A stretch of DNA of 64,000 nucleotides from an uncultured Candidatus Saccharibacteria bacterium (GTDB taxonomy: Bacteria > Patescibacteriota > Saccharimonadia > Saccharimonadales > Saccharimonadaceae), in NCBI GenBank assembly GCA_963553465.1, contig CAUVOB010000002.1, forward strand, positions 41,632 to 105,631. The letters are read 5' to 3'. Below, in pieces: positions 27,768 to 39,326 of the stretch. The first letter of the stretch is position 1; every line of letters begins with the position of its first letter. Under the pieces are notes generated by a model that was given only the letters and a program-made list of their open reading frames with translations, was not told where the DNA came from and ran no database searches. A program made the position numbers and the translations under genes.

Positions 27768-28481
27768 ATGCGTGCAGTAAGTTCTGAGTTACAGCAATAT
27801 ATGACCGGGCTAACGAATGAGATTTCGCGTGGTCACTTTGATAAGGCTGTATACCTTGGCGAAAAAGCATTGATGATGGAGGAGCTGCGCGGCCCCGGTA
27901 ATGAATCACTGCTTGGAGAGGTATATCGCAACATGGCCGCCGCGAGCGATCGTTTGGGTCAAACTGATGCGGCGCTTAACTATATTGATCAAGCATATGA
28001 TATTCATGATACAGCGGTCAATGAGAATTCTGGAGTTGAGACGCTACGCGAGCGGTCAGCCACGGCATCGTATGTCGGTATATTTGCTTTAAAGGCGTAT
28101 CTGTTAGCGGAGGGTCGGGATGAAGCGTTGGCAGATAAGGCGCGGCTCATGACGCGGCAAGCTGAACTAGATATGGCAAAAGTAAATCAGCTTTCTAAAG
28201 AAGAGAGCGCTGACCAGTACGAGATAAATATGGCATCCCGCTGGGGTATGATCGAAAGTATAGTGGGTGACAAGCAGCGAGGCTTGGCGCTGACGGGCCG
28301 GGCAATCCGATTAGCGTGGCAATCAGAGCGGGATCAGCAAAAGGGCTTGACTGGGCGAGATGTTCTCAGGGCGCGAACACGAGCGGTGCTTCGTGGTATG
28401 GCGGCCGTGGCGGTAAATGCTGCGAGCCGATTTGGCGCGACGCGGGGCATTGCTGAGAAAATTGCTCTTAAGACGCTGTGA
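27768..28481 (+). CDS. TPR-like hypothetical protein
   Basis: LGEVYRNMA..A..YIDQAY helical repeat; AAGGAG SD. Confidence 0.65.
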   Translation: MRAVSSELQQYMTGLTNEISRGHFDKAVYLGEKALMMEELRGPGNESLLGEVYRNMAAASDRLGQTDAALNYIDQAYDIHDTAVNENSGVETLRERSATASYVGIFALKAYLLAEGRDEALADKARLMTRQAELDMAKVNQLSKEESADQYEINMASRWGMIESIVGDKQRGLALTGRAIRLAWQSERDQQKGLTGRDVLRARTRAVLRGMAAVAVNAASRFGATRGIAEKIALKTL

Positions 28482-28496
28482 TTGTATACTGAGAGC

Positions 28497-28832
28497 ATGA
28501 CCCATAAACAATTTGAAGAGTTTATCCTCAGTTTGCCCGGTGTGTGGCTGGATTATCCGTTTGGCGAGGATGTTGCGGTGTATAAGTTTGGCAAGAGTAA
28601 TGACGGTGCGGGGAAAATGGTAGCATTAGTGGCGGAAGGCTCAAAGCCGCTCAGGGTCAGTCTAAAGTGCGATCCGCTACTGGCTGAGAATTTGCGGGAA
28701 AAGTACGAAACGGTGTTGCCAGGCTATCATCTGAATAAGAAGCATTGGAATACCATCATTTGTTCGGGACAATTGAGTGATGAAGAAATTTTTGATTTGG
28801 TGCGACTGAGTTATCAGCTGGCGGCGAAGTGA
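28497..28832 (+). CDS. MmcQ/YjbR-family protein
   Basis: YPFG, LKCDP, PGYHLNKKHWNT. Confidence 0.92.
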   Translation: MTHKQFEEFILSLPGVWLDYPFGEDVAVYKFGKSNDGAGKMVALVAEGSKPLRVSLKCDPLLAENLREKYETVLPGYHLNKKHWNTIICSGQLSDEEIFDLVRLSYQLAAK

Positions 28833-28901
28833 GTAAAACAGCGTAAACCGAGTGCCGGGAGAAGTGGTGCTGCTCCGACCGACTTGTGCCGTCGTGCGTA
28901 G

Positions 28902-29522
28902 TTATGACTTGTCCGAATCACCGGTGATCGCCATGAGCTGTTTGCGTACGTTGGTGAGGTCGGAAATGGTTTTTTCAAGAAAGTCAATTGTGCTTTTGCT
29001 GCGCGAGCCCTCTTTGATACGATTCATCATCAACAGTGTGTCGGCCAGCTCAGTATTCATGGTGTAAGCATAAGTATTGTCGAGGTCAGCGTTGAGATAG
29101 GCCTCCTCAAATTTTTCCTCGAGTTTTGTCGGTGGGTCGAGCGCGGTGATGTTTTTGAGATCTTTTTTGACGTCGATGTTCTGGGTGGCGGCTGGTGTCT
29201 CGATGGACTTGTTGGCAGTAGTGAGAACGGCGGTAAGTGAACTATTGGCGTCTTGGAGCTGGCTGGATTTGAGGCGGGAAGTAAATTTCTCGGAGACGGT
29301 TTGGAGTTTTTGCAAGCGGGCGACGAGATTGGTTAATGAAGGGCCACGGGAAGCGTTCTGGGCGGCGTTGATGATGAACACCAGACCGAGCAGCCCGATG
29401 ATACCGAGAACGAGCAAGATAATCTTTGACTTTTTATCAAAGCCCTGCGGTGCTGGCGGTGCGGAAATTTGATTGAGATAATCGATACCGGTTGGCACGT
29501 CATAGTCATTATATGGCTGCAT
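28902..29522 (-). CDS. Membrane-anchored hypothetical protein
   Basis: MQPYND start avoids overlap with dnaG; DYLNQI, one TM, helical domain. Confidence 0.75.
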   Translation of the reverse strand: MQPYNDYDVPTGIDYLNQISAPPAPQGFDKKSKIILLVLGIIGLLGLVFIINAAQNASRGPSLTNLVARLQKLQTVSEKFTSRLKSSQLQDANSSLTAVLTTANKSIETPAATQNIDVKKDLKNITALDPPTKLEEKFEEAYLNADLDNTYAYTMNTELADTLLMMNRIKEGSRSKSTIDFLEKTISDLTNVRKQLMAITGDSDKS

Positions 29523-29576
29523 ACACCCATTAAAGCATAAACAACAACAGAGGTAAAGAGTGATATAATAAAAACC

Positions 29577-31310
29577 ATGAATGATGCCAAAGAAGAAGTG
29601 CGGGCGCGGCTGAATATCGATGATGTAATCGGTGAATATGTTCAGCTGAAGCGGGCGGGCCGTAATCTGAAGGGGCTGAGTCCATTCACTGATGAGCGGA
29701 CGCCGAGTTTTATGGTGAGCCCGGAAAAACAGATTTGGCATGATTTTTCTTCGGGCAAGGGCGGTGACGTGTTTTCATTTGTGATGTTGGTGGAGGGGAT
29801 GGATTTTCGCCAGGCGTTGGAGCATTTGGCGCGCAAGGCGGGCGTAGATTTGAGCTTGTTTTCCCGCGGTGACGGACGGACAGCCAAGCGGCGAGTGCGG
29901 GCGCGGGAGGCGTTGAAATTAGCAGCGAATTTTTATCAGCAAAATTTGGTAAAAAATCCGGCAGCGCTAGAATACGCGGTGAAAAAACGGCGGCTGAATC
30001 GGCAGACGATCGGTGATTTTATCGTCGGCTATGCGCCGGATCAGGGCGATGCGCTGACGAAAGCGCTGGAGAGGCGGGGATTTTCGCGCCGGGAACTGGC
30101 TGACGCAGGGCTGGTGAATCGGTTTGGCGGCGACTTGTTTCGGGGGCGGATGATGGTAGCCTTGAGCGATAGCAGCGGCGAGGTGGTTGGCTTTACGGGG
30201 CGAATTATTCGTGATGATCCGCGTGCGCCGAAATATTTGAATACGCCACAGACATTGCTATTTGATAAATCGCGCCACATTTTTGGGCTGTATCAGGCGA
30301 AAGAGGCGATTCGTAAGAGTGATGCGGCGGTGATTGTCGAGGGGAATTTGGATGTGGTTAGTAGCCATCAAGCTGGCATTAAAAACGTAGTGGCGACGGC
30401 GGGGACAGCGATGACACTGCAACATCTGAAGGCGCTGAGCCGGCTGGCGGGGCGGATTCGCCTGGCATTTGACGGCGACCGGGCGGGCGTCAGTGCAACC
30501 GAGCGGGCTATCAATTTGGCGCAAGAAATTGGCGTGGAGTTAGAGGTGGTGAGTCTGCCGGACGGCGTGAAAGATCCGGATGAATTGATCCAAAAAGACC
30601 CAGCGTTGTGGCAAGCGGCGGTTGAGCGGGCGCAGCCGGCGGTTGACTGGGTGATTGCTCGGCACGCGGAGATGGAAGATTTGGCGACGGCCGAAGGGAA
30701 GCGGCGATTTTCAACAATTGCGCTGAGAATTGTGCGCAGTCTGAAAGACCCGGTGGAGCAAGAGCATTATTTGGCGGTGATTTCTGAGAAAACTGGCGCT
30801 AGTCTCGCGGCGCTGCGAGCAAAGCTGGGTGCTGAGAGACTGGCGCCGCCTGCTCAGCTCAAAAAACCAAAGATTGAAAAGGTGACTCCGAGTAAACCTC
30901 GTGACGAATTAGCGGACATCATCGTCGGTCTGGCGCTTAGTCAACCATCGACGCGGCGCTGGGTCGGGGCGCTTGAGGCGGCAAGCTTGGACGAGCCAGC
31001 TCGAGCAGTGGTAACGGTGCTGCAGGCTGAGCCGCTACTTGACGCAGAAAAATTACCCCGTCCCTTGCAAAAATTTGAGCAGTATGTGAAAATAGTACAG
31101 TTAAAAAGTGAACGCCGCTACATGGACTGGGAGCCGGAAGCTCTGGACAGTGAAATGGCGCGTTTGGTAAAGCAATTGATACGTAAACACCGCGACACAA
31201 AAAAACAACAATTATTAGAAGATTTGCGTGAGGCTGAGGAGCTCAGCGATGAGGCGCGGGCGCGCACCTTGCGGCAGCAGCTGAACGCATTGATTAAGGA
31301 GAATGCGTGA
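29577..31310 (+). CDS. dnaG: DNA primase
   Basis: GLSPF..E.TPSF, PKYLNTP, VEGNLDV, FDGDRAG, KDPDE. Confidence 0.96.
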   Translation: MNDAKEEVRARLNIDDVIGEYVQLKRAGRNLKGLSPFTDERTPSFMVSPEKQIWHDFSSGKGGDVFSFVMLVEGMDFRQALEHLARKAGVDLSLFSRGDGRTAKRRVRAREALKLAANFYQQNLVKNPAALEYAVKKRRLNRQTIGDFIVGYAPDQGDALTKALERRGFSRRELADAGLVNRFGGDLFRGRMMVALSDSSGEVVGFTGRIIRDDPRAPKYLNTPQTLLFDKSRHIFGLYQAKEAIRKSDAAVIVEGNLDVVSSHQAGIKNVVATAGTAMTLQHLKALSRLAGRIRLAFDGDRAGVSATERAINLAQEIGVELEVVSLPDGVKDPDELIQKDPALWQAAVERAQPAVDWVIARHAEMEDLATAEGKRRFSTIALRIVRSLKDPVEQEHYLAVISEKTGASLAALRAKLGAERLAPPAQLKKPKIEKVTPSKPRDELADIIVGLALSQPSTRRWVGALEAASLDEPARAVVTVLQAEPLLDAEKLPRPLQKFEQYVKIVQLKSERRYMDWEPEALDSEMARLVKQLIRKHRDTKKQQLLEDLREAEELSDEARARTLRQQLNALIKENA

Positions 31311-32272
31311 ACAACGACCAGCAATACACCCCGACCAATGATGATCCACTTGAGCCAGATTTGACGGCGGTACATGATGACGAGGAGATAGAAGATCTCG
31401 AGGCGTTGAGTGCTGGCCAGTATCTGGATGATATTTCGGACGATTCGGTGCGGTTGTATCTGCGTGAGATTGGTAAAATCCCACTGTTAAGTTCGGACGA
31501 GGAAATGGAGCTGGCGCGGCGGATCATCGAGGGCGACAAGAAGGCCAAGGACAAGATGGCTGAGGCGAACATGCGTTTGGTGGTGTCGATTGCCAAGCGG
31601 TATTCGGGCCGTGGGTTGGATTTTCTGGACTTGATCCAGGAGGGTAATACTGGCTTGTTGCGCGCGGTGGAGAAATTCGATCCGGACAAGGGCTTTAAGT
31701 TTTCGACCTACGCGACGTGGTGGATTCGCCAGGCGATTACCCGGGCGATCGCTGATCAGGCGCGGACGATTCGCATCCCCGTACATATGATCGAGACAAT
31801 TAACAAGCTGGTGCGGACGCAGCGACGGCTTACTCAGGAGCTGAACCGCGAGCCAATAATGGAAGAACTGTCCAAGGAAATGGACATGGAGCCAGAAAAA
31901 ATTGAGTACATCAATAAAATTCGGCAAGAGACGTCGAGTTTGGATGCTGGCATCGGGCGTGATGGTGACGAGGAAGATTCGGTGCTGGGTGATTTCATCG
32001 AGGATGAAGATACGATTTCGCCAGAAGAATCAGCGACCAATCAGCTGCTGAAAGAAAAGGTCGCCGAGGTGCTGTCGAGCCTGTCTGATCGCGAGCAAAA
32101 AATTGTGCGCATGCGGTTCGGGCTGGACAATGGCGGCAAAAGCCATACGCTCGAGGAAGTCGGCCAACAATTTGCCGTGACGCGTGAACGAATTCGTCAG
32201 ATTGAAGCGAAGGCTTTGGCGAAGCTGAGGAAGCACAAAGATGCTAAAAAGCTATATGAGTATTTGAGCTAG
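31307..32272 (+). CDS. rpoD: Primary sigma factor
   Basis: [42 protein letters not shown]. Confidence 0.96.
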   Translation: MNNDQQYTPTNDDPLEPDLTAVHDDEEIEDLEALSAGQYLDDISDDSVRLYLREIGKIPLLSSDEEMELARRIIEGDKKAKDKMAEANMRLVVSIAKRYSGRGLDFLDLIQEGNTGLLRAVEKFDPDKGFKFSTYATWWIRQAITRAIADQARTIRIPVHMIETINKLVRTQRRLTQELNREPIMEELSKEMDMEPEKIEYINKIRQETSSLDAGIGRDGDEEDSVLGDFIEDEDTISPEESATNQLLKEKVAEVLSSLSDREQKIVRMRFGLDNGGKSHTLEEVGQQFAVTRERIRQIEAKALAKLRKHKDAKKLYEYLS

Positions 32273-32279
32273 GTTGGTG

Positions 32280-32604
32280 TTACTTATCGCCGACTTCCAG
32301 TGGGGGCTTTACTCCATGCGCTAAGTCGTGCTGCAGGGCCATTGAGTTCTGCATTGCTCTAACATTGTTTGGGTTTATTCCTTTGGGCGGCGCTTCCATA
32401 AGAGTTTTGTACTCGTTGACCTCTGCTATTCGAGCTTCTATTTGCTTCACTTCCTCATCAGTCAGCAGTGCTGCTCGCGTCCCCTTCTCACCGAGTTTAC
32501 GTGCTATGGTATCGCCCGTCTTGTCTACTTCTGCCTGACTCGACTTCTGGCTGCTCTACGGGTGATGTTTGTTGTGGTAGTTTGTCAGTGTTATCGTGTT
32601 CCAT
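32280..32604 (-). pseudogene. Frameshifted small hypothetical gene
   Basis: MEHDNTDK... stops early; alternative frame QAEVDKTG...PPLEVGDK runs to 32280; TGCTATATT upstream. Confidence 0.5.
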
Positions 32605-32676
32605 GGTTGTAAATATAGCATATAATTTACTTTTTTGCAACCATATGCAGTAAGATGGTTTATGGGTGGTGATAAT

Positions 32677-33270
32677 TTAGCACTGCTCGGGTGCCTTACA
32701 AAAATGTTCGTGGTGAGTGACGGCCTCCAGCTGTGTATATAGTTCGTCCAGTCCGCGGTCGTTCATCACGAAATAGTCAGCAATGGCGATTGGTCCGCCT
32801 TTTTCTAGATTTTCAATTTCCGACCAATCACGTTGGTCAACTTCGCGCGGCTGCATTGGCCGCTCGGGGCGTTTGGCCATGCGTTGGTAGCGCAGGTGTT
32901 TTGGTGTGACGACGGCGATGACGGACATCTGGCCAGGGAATTCGTGCTTGAGGATTTTGTATTCGCTCCAAGTGTACAAGCCGTCCAGGACGATGAGCTT
33001 TTGGCCAGCGTCAATCAAGTCGTGCGCGGATTTGACAACACGTTTGACCACGAAATCTTTGCCTTCGCGCCGGCGAATTTCCTCGCGGAATTTTTGTTGA
33101 TTATCCCAAGTCGGTTCAATGCCGGCCTCTTCCATGGCTTTGTAGATGATGCCGCCAAAGTAAATTTTTGGAATACCCTTTTTGGTGAAATATTCGACCG
33201 CCGAACTTTTGCCACTACCGGCCAGACCAACCAGGGCGATGATTTTGCAGCTATGCTCGCTTATACTCAT
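32677..33270 (-). CDS. P-loop kinase (dephospho-CoA kinase / nucleoside monophosphate kinase-like)
   Basis: GLAGSGKS, DG.Y..SE, IAIADY. Confidence 0.8.
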   Translation of the reverse strand: MSISEHSCKIIALVGLAGSGKSSAVEYFTKKGIPKIYFGGIIYKAMEEAGIEPTWDNQQKFREEIRRREGKDFVVKRVVKSAHDLIDAGQKLIVLDGLYTWSEYKILKHEFPGQMSVIAVVTPKHLRYQRMAKRPERPMQPREVDQRDWSEIENLEKGGPIAIADYFVMNDRGLDELYTQLEAVTHHEHFCKAPEQC

Positions 33271-33408
33271 GGGGATTATTGTAACAACTTCTTAGTCGGC
33301 TGGCAAACGGGTGTAGCTGCCGGTTGGTTGTGTTGATTTCTGCGAGCAGTTTGTTCTGGGTGTCTTTTGACTTCAACCTGAAACAGCCGGCCTCGGCTAG
33401 ACCCCCGG

Positions 33409-34041
33409 TTAATTTACCACGACGATTGCCAGCAGGGCATCCTGAGGGCTGAGACCGGGTCGCAGTTTATAGCGGTCGCGTGTAGACACCTTGTGCCGAG
33501 GGTGGAGATACTCGATTTCTTCGTAACTCTCAGCGGCAAATACCTGCCAGATATCAACAGGAGCGAGCGGTAGCTCATCGCACTTGGGTTTGTAGGTATG
33601 AAACGCCTGTAGCAGGGTGAGAATTTCCTCGCCGTTATAGTTGTCACATCGCTGAGCATGCATGTCATAGGTTGGATCAGTAGATCGTACTGTGAAGATA
33701 TCGCCTCCTCTTGCGACTATTTCCTTGATGAGTTGCTGGCGATCGCTTGTGTCAAAGTGTGTCGATTGGATGCCACGCAGCAGTATATTCCGACCCATAA
33801 AATGTTGGTGAATTGGTGCTTCGATTGTAGCGGCTATAGTGTCAAGTGGGCGGGGCGGATTGGCATCGTAATGATATGGATTTTCGGACGTGACGCTATA
33901 CTCTGGGCAATCAACGTTAACGATGAGCGGTGTCACTCCGCGGTTGCGCTCTGGTGCAGATTCGGTGTTCTCGTCACCACTGCCGTCAAGTCGTTCCGGA
34001 TCATAACCCGGATCGTATTCAAATGTCTTGCCTTCAAACAT
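33409..34041 (-). CDS. Hypothetical protein
   Basis: Long ORF; GGGGGT SD before MFEGK; TATAAT further upstream. Confidence 0.65.
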   Translation of the reverse strand: MFEGKTFEYDPGYDPERLDGSGDENTESAPERNRGVTPLIVNVDCPEYSVTSENPYHYDANPPRPLDTIAATIEAPIHQHFMGRNILLRGIQSTHFDTSDRQQLIKEIVARGGDIFTVRSTDPTYDMHAQRCDNYNGEEILTLLQAFHTYKPKCDELPLAPVDIWQVFAAESYEEIEYLHPRHKVSTRDRYKLRPGLSPQDALLAIVVVN

Positions 34042-34232
34042 ACTTTTACCCCCGTGATTTATCGCCCCACTGTCTTTTAGCGGCTCGCACGATATCTTCA
34101 TTATAGCATTATAATGTAGCCGGCTTGGGCTCTTTGCGATGCTGGTTGGTAGCAGATATGCTATCGGGGCGGACGAGGTGGGTGGCGGTATGGTTGTTAT
34201 TCATCGCTTGGTACAAGTGCTATACTAAATAT

Positions 34233-36767
34233 ATGAAGCGTTTGGCGGTCATCGACGGAAAATCAGTGTTTTACCGAGGGTATTATGCCATGCCAGGTCT
34301 CAGTACGGCGGACGGTACGCCGACCGGCGGCGTGTATGGATTTGTGAGTTTGGCGATTGAGCTGATTAAAAAATTAGAGCCGGATTATGTAGCGGTGGCG
34401 TGGGACAAGCGCGGCACCAATATCCGCAAGCGGCGGGAATTATACCCAGAATACAAGGCGGGCCGCAAGCCGGCGCCTGACGATTTTTATCAGCAAATTC
34501 CGATTTTAATAGAACTGCTGGATGCGTTTGGCTGGCCGCTGTATGAACTGGATGATTATGAGGCGGACGACATCATGGGTGCGTTTGCCAGGCAAGCGGA
34601 AGCGCGCGGCGTGCAGACCTGTCTACTGACGTCCGATTTGGATGCGCTGCAATTGGTGTCGCCCCTCACCAAAGTCTACGCCATGAAAAATGGCCTGAGG
34701 AACATCGAGGAATTTACGGCAGAATATTTTGAACAAAAATATGGTATTCGGACGGACCAGTTTTTGGATTTGAAGGCGCTGAAGGGTGATTCTAGCGACA
34801 ATTTACCGGGCGTACCAGGTGTTGGTGAAAAAACGGCGGTCAAATTATTACAAGCATATGGCACGCTGGACGGCGTGTATGCACATTTGGACGAGCAAAC
34901 AGGCGCTCTACGGACAAAGCTAGAGAGCGGCCGCGAGTCGGCGTATTTGACTAAGCAAGTGGCAGAAATCTGGACGGACGCGCCGGTGGAGCTGAACTGG
35001 GAAGTGGCGGATGTTAACGACTGCGACTTTGCTCGGGTGGCGGAAATTTTGCGGAAACTGGAGTTTCATTCGCTGATTGGGCGATTGCCGCGAACAATGC
35101 AGGCGGTGGACGAGACAGTAGAGACGGTGGAGTTAGAGTTACCGCGTGTTGAAGATTTGCCAGCTGAGCCGCTGTTTGAAACAGAAAATATTATCTATAT
35201 TGATCCATCGGAGCCGGACACGGTCTATATTAATTCCAAGCCTGGCGTGGCGTGGCGGGCCAAGATGAGTGAGATTGGTCAACATGTTTGGCAGTTGTTG
35301 GCGCAGGGCGTGGTGATCGCGGCGGATGTCAAGGGGCTATATCACGCGCTGGATGCTCACGATGTGACGGTGCGGTTTCATGAGGTCTGGGATGTTGGGC
35401 AGGCGGCGTTTTTGATTGATCCACTCAGGCGCGATCGTAGTATGGCAGCGCTGGCCGGTGATTTTTCTGAGGATAATTCCGCGTCGCGGCAGCTGGCGCG
35501 GCTCCGTCAAATTTACCGCCAACAGCAGGATTATATGGCGGCGCATCAGCAGATTGCCAGGGTGCTCCGCGAGTTTGATTTCCCGGTGATTTGGCCGCTG
35601 TTTCAGATGGAAAAGCGCGGCATGAAGTTGGACACGGCGCTCCTTGAACAGATGGGTGAGGAGCTGAGGTCGGAGGTTAGTCAGCTTGAACAACAAATGT
35701 ATGCGATGGCTGGGCGCGAGTTCAATGCTGCCAGTCCGGCGCAGCTGTCTGAGGTGTTATTTACCAAGTTACAGCTGCCAACGACTGGTATCAAAAAAGG
35801 TAAAACTGGCTATTCGACGGGACAGAAAGAGTTGGATAAACTGCGCGGGCGACACCCAATCATTGAACTGATTGAGCGGTATCGGGAACTGACTAAATTG
35901 ATCAGTACCTACATTGAAGCGCTGCCGAAGTTGGTGGCCGAGGACGGGCGGATTCACACCACGTTTAATCAAGACGTCACCAGCACTGGGCGGCTGAGCA
36001 GCACCAATCCCAACCTGCAGAATATCCCAGTGCGAACGGAATTGGGTCGGAAAATTCGCCAGGCGTTTGTACCGAGTGAAGGTAAGGTCTTCGTTGGTGC
36101 AGATTATTCGCAATTTGAACTGCGACTGGCGGCAGTACTGGCGGGCGATGAGCAGCTGATTAACGATTTTAATAGCGATGTTGATATTCATACCAAGACA
36201 GCGGCCGAGACCTACGGTGTGCCGATGGAGCAGGTGACGAAAGCACAGCGGCGGGCGGCCAAGGTGATTAACTTTGGCGTGCTGTACGGCATGAGCCCGC
36301 ACGGCTTGGCAGCAGCTACCGGCATGACGTTTACTGAGGCGAAGCGGTTTATTGAACACTATTTTGCGGTGCGCCAGCCAATCCGCCAGTATCTGGATAC
36401 AATTTTAGTTCAAGCGCGTGAACAAGGTTTTGTCGAGACTTATTTTGGCCGGCGGCGGCCCACACCAGACGTTAAGTCGAGCAATTTTATGGTGCGTTCG
36501 GCGGCCGAGCGGGCAGCGATGAACATGCCAATTCAGGGAACGGAAGCGGATTTGATGAAACTGGCGATGATTCGGTTGGAGGACAAGTTGGCTGGGCTGG
36601 CCGAGCCGGTCTTGCAAGTCCATGACTCAATTTTAGTGGAGTGCCGAGCGGAAGATGCCGGGCGAGTTGGCGACATCATGTGTGCGGAGATGGAAGGCGT
36701 TTGCCCAGAACTGCCAATTCGATTGAAGGTTGATGTTGAATTGGGGTATAATTGGGGTAATCTGTAA
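34233..36767 (+). CDS. polA: DNA polymerase I
   Basis: 5' nuclease IDG, YEADD, GD.SDN.PG; TGRLSS.PNLQNIP, DYSQFELR, QVHD. Confidence 0.97.
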   Translation: MKRLAVIDGKSVFYRGYYAMPGLSTADGTPTGGVYGFVSLAIELIKKLEPDYVAVAWDKRGTNIRKRRELYPEYKAGRKPAPDDFYQQIPILIELLDAFGWPLYELDDYEADDIMGAFARQAEARGVQTCLLTSDLDALQLVSPLTKVYAMKNGLRNIEEFTAEYFEQKYGIRTDQFLDLKALKGDSSDNLPGVPGVGEKTAVKLLQAYGTLDGVYAHLDEQTGALRTKLESGRESAYLTKQVAEIWTDAPVELNWEVADVNDCDFARVAEILRKLEFHSLIGRLPRTMQAVDETVETVELELPRVEDLPAEPLFETENIIYIDPSEPDTVYINSKPGVAWRAKMSEIGQHVWQLLAQGVVIAADVKGLYHALDAHDVTVRFHEVWDVGQAAFLIDPLRRDRSMAALAGDFSEDNSASRQLARLRQIYRQQQDYMAAHQQIARVLREFDFPVIWPLFQMEKRGMKLDTALLEQMGEELRSEVSQLEQQMYAMAGREFNAASPAQLSEVLFTKLQLPTTGIKKGKTGYSTGQKELDKLRGRHPIIELIERYRELTKLISTYIEALPKLVAEDGRIHTTFNQDVTSTGRLSSTNPNLQNIPVRTELGRKIRQAFVPSEGKVFVGADYSQFELRLAAVLAGDEQLINDFNSDVDIHTKTAAETYGVPMEQVTKAQRRAAKVINFGVLYGMSPHGLAAATGMTFTEAKRFIEHYFAVRQPIRQYLDTILVQAREQGFVETYFGRRRPTPDVKSSNFMVRSAAERAAMNMPIQGTEADLMKLAMIRLEDKLAGLAEPVLQVHDSILVECRAEDAGRVGDIMCAEMEGVCPELPIRLKVDVELGYNWGNL

Positions 36768-36784
36768 AAGGGAGGGTTAGACTA

Positions 36785-38554
36785 GTGTCGGGATTTAAGG
36801 CTCGTGAAGCAACATTACAAAATTTATTCGATAGTGGCGACTATGATCAGTTTGTGATCCCGCATTATCAACGTAGTTATGTGTGGGGTCAAGACGAATT
36901 GGAGAATTTCTGGAATGATTTTATTGAACGTAAAGAAGTAGGACAGCTTTATTTACTTGGCTCAGTCATTGTTAGTAGGACAAAACAAAAACGTTCTTTT
37001 GGGGTTGTGGATGGTCAACAACGTCTTATTACAAGCTCGGTGTTTATAACAGCCTTGAAAGATGTTTGGAGCGAAAAGTTTGGTCGTGATGAGGAATATT
37101 TTTCTTTGGAAAGATTTATTAAAAAGAAGGTATTAGGTAGCAATAATGCCATCTTTAAGATAGATGTTGCGGGCAGTCTGAAGCAATGCTATATTGACAT
37201 GATTATTTCAGGAAGTGTCAAAAAGGAATATAAGAACGAAGATCAGAAAAATCTTCATCGTGCATATAATTACTTCAAAGATAAGTTACGTGACTCGTAT
37301 GATGCAAATAAAGCTAATGATAATCAACGAAAAAAGTTGCTGCTACAAAAACTTGAGAATCTTTTAGACACTAATCTAGTGCTGGTTATTCTTGACGATG
37401 AGGACGATGCTTACGAAGTGTTTGAGGGGTTCAATGCTCGTGGTGTAGATCTTTCTATCTCGGACTTGTTTAAAAACCTTTTTCTACAAAAGATAAAAGG
37501 AACAGAAGAAGAAAAAGCAAGAGCACTTGAAGAGTGGGATAATATTATTCAGATAGTTACAGAATTGCGGATTCCAAAGTTTACAATTAATACGTTTATT
37601 AGGTATTATTGGATAAGAAACCACTCGTTTATAGGCGAGCGTCAGCTTTACAAGAAAATTAAGAAAGAAACAAAGAATTATAGGGAATTGCTTTCTGATA
37701 TGTATCAGATAGCAGAAGCTTTAAGGGTATTATTTAATGGATCACCGTATGAGATAAGGGATTTTCTTGGGCACCCGGAGGCGAAAGCAGAATATGCAAA
37801 ATCTATAAGTGACTCATTACGTGCTTTGAGGGTTATGAATACTCAGAGCTATATGGTTTGGCTAATGTCTATAGCAGCTAAGCGAAATAAAGAATTTATT
37901 AGTCTTAAAATGTTTGCTCGATCGCTTGGTCAGATAGAAAGGTTTTCATTTAGGTATTTTGTAGTTTCAAAATTACCAGCAAATCGTGTTGAAAAAATGT
38001 ATGCTAAATTTTCAAATGAATTATTTAAATTGTCCGATACTCGAGATAAACAAAGGATAGCAACCTTATTAGATAAGGAGCTTTTGAATAGAATTGAACA
38101 AGATAAACTTCTACCTCCACGAGAGCAGTTTATTGCTGACTTTGGTTTATTGTGCCTAAAATCTAATAATAAAAATCTTGTTCGGTACGTTTTAACTCAA
38201 ATAGAAAATCAGTTAAGCAGCGGCGAGAAGGGCGTTACTCAAGAAGTTGTTACAATTGAGCATATTATGCCCCAGAGGTTAAACAAGGGGTGGAATATAT
38301 CGCAAACCGATCATAAAAACTGTGTTAATATGCTTGGTAATTTGACAATCCTAAAAGGTGCGTTAAACTCATCTGCAAGCAATAAAGCAATTAACGAAAA
38401 GGTTTGTCATTTTAAAGATTCAGACTTAAAGATGAATGGTGATCTAGTTGATCTAATAAATAAAAAAAGCGATTGGGGTAAAGACGAAATAATAGAAAGA
38501 CAAAATGCTTTTGCAGAAGCATCTGATGGTATCTGGTCTGTAGATAAAAGATAA
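36785..38554 (+). CDS. GmrSD-like type IV restriction endonuclease (DUF262 + DUF1524 HNH)
   Basis: IPHYQRSYVW, VVDGQQRL, FE..NARG, IEHIMPQ..LGNLTIL..LN; visibly AT-rich. Confidence 0.88.
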   Translation: MSGFKAREATLQNLFDSGDYDQFVIPHYQRSYVWGQDELENFWNDFIERKEVGQLYLLGSVIVSRTKQKRSFGVVDGQQRLITSSVFITALKDVWSEKFGRDEEYFSLERFIKKKVLGSNNAIFKIDVAGSLKQCYIDMIISGSVKKEYKNEDQKNLHRAYNYFKDKLRDSYDANKANDNQRKKLLLQKLENLLDTNLVLVILDDEDDAYEVFEGFNARGVDLSISDLFKNLFLQKIKGTEEEKARALEEWDNIIQIVTELRIPKFTINTFIRYYWIRNHSFIGERQLYKKIKKETKNYRELLSDMYQIAEALRVLFNGSPYEIRDFLGHPEAKAEYAKSISDSLRALRVMNTQSYMVWLMSIAAKRNKEFISLKMFARSLGQIERFSFRYFVVSKLPANRVEKMYAKFSNELFKLSDTRDKQRIATLLDKELLNRIEQDKLLPPREQFIADFGLLCLKSNNKNLVRYVLTQIENQLSSGEKGVTQEVVTIEHIMPQRLNKGWNISQTDHKNCVNMLGNLTILKGALNSSASNKAINEKVCHFKDSDLKMNGDLVDLINKKSDWGKDEIIERQNAFAEASDGIWSVDKR

Positions 38555-38672
38555 ATACTGCTCTAAGTAAGGTAATGTTAAGGTATTAGTATGCTAATCT
38601 GACTGTGCTAAATAATGTAGGATATTCCCGTTGACTAGTGCAAAAAATCTAATATTATGGTATAATCACCCC

Positions 38673-39320
38673 ATGAGGCGTACGTATAATTCTTTTAATT
38701 CCTTTTCTCGGTTTGTGCCGATTTTACTAGTCATCATCATCACCATCGTGACAATCGTCGCGATTATCAGCATCAGCCGGTCGATATTTGGTGGCGACGA
38801 GCAAAAACAGCAACAGGAGACGACTGAGCAGAAAAAAAGCGATTTGCTACAAACCGACGAGAGCCGAGCGGTCAGACTGACAGTGCGTGGCCCGATTGTC
38901 GCTAATGAGAAATTCCGTTCGTATCAAATAACCATTGCGCCGTCGTCGCGGGTGATGACGACGTATGAGGGGTATGTCGAGAAGCAGCTGAACACCAAGC
39001 AGCTGAATAATAACGCCAAGGCTTATGAGGAGTTGGTGTACGCACTGGACAAGCGCAAGATGATGGAGGGCCGGCAACTGAGCGATGAGCAGAATGACCT
39101 GCGCGGTATTTGTGCGACGGGCAAGGTGTATAAATTTGAATTGTTGATGAATGGAACATCGATCAAGGCGCTGTGGACGTCGGATTGTAGTGGTTCTAAA
39201 GGCTCGGCGGTTGCTAATGTCGAGGAAATCGTCGATATGTTTATCAAGCAAATCCCTGACGGTAGCAAAATGGCCACCTCTATCGGGCTGTACCAGCGGG
39301 ATACGCTGTTCAAGTTTTAG
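38673..39320 (+). CDS. Membrane-anchored hypothetical protein
   Basis: N-terminal TM; TATAAT 6 nt before ATG. Confidence 0.75.
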   Translation: MRRTYNSFNSFSRFVPILLVIIITIVTIVAIISISRSIFGGDEQKQQQETTEQKKSDLLQTDESRAVRLTVRGPIVANEKFRSYQITIAPSSRVMTTYEGYVEKQLNTKQLNNNAKAYEELVYALDKRKMMEGRQLSDEQNDLRGICATGKVYKFELLMNGTSIKALWTSDCSGSKGSAVANVEEIVDMFIKQIPDGSKMATSIGLYQRDTLFKF

Positions 39321-39326
39321 GAGCGT

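Noticed and set aside
29523..29741. N-terminal extension of ORF 28902-29741
   Set aside because: Overlaps dnaG antisense; ATG at 29522 is the plausible start.
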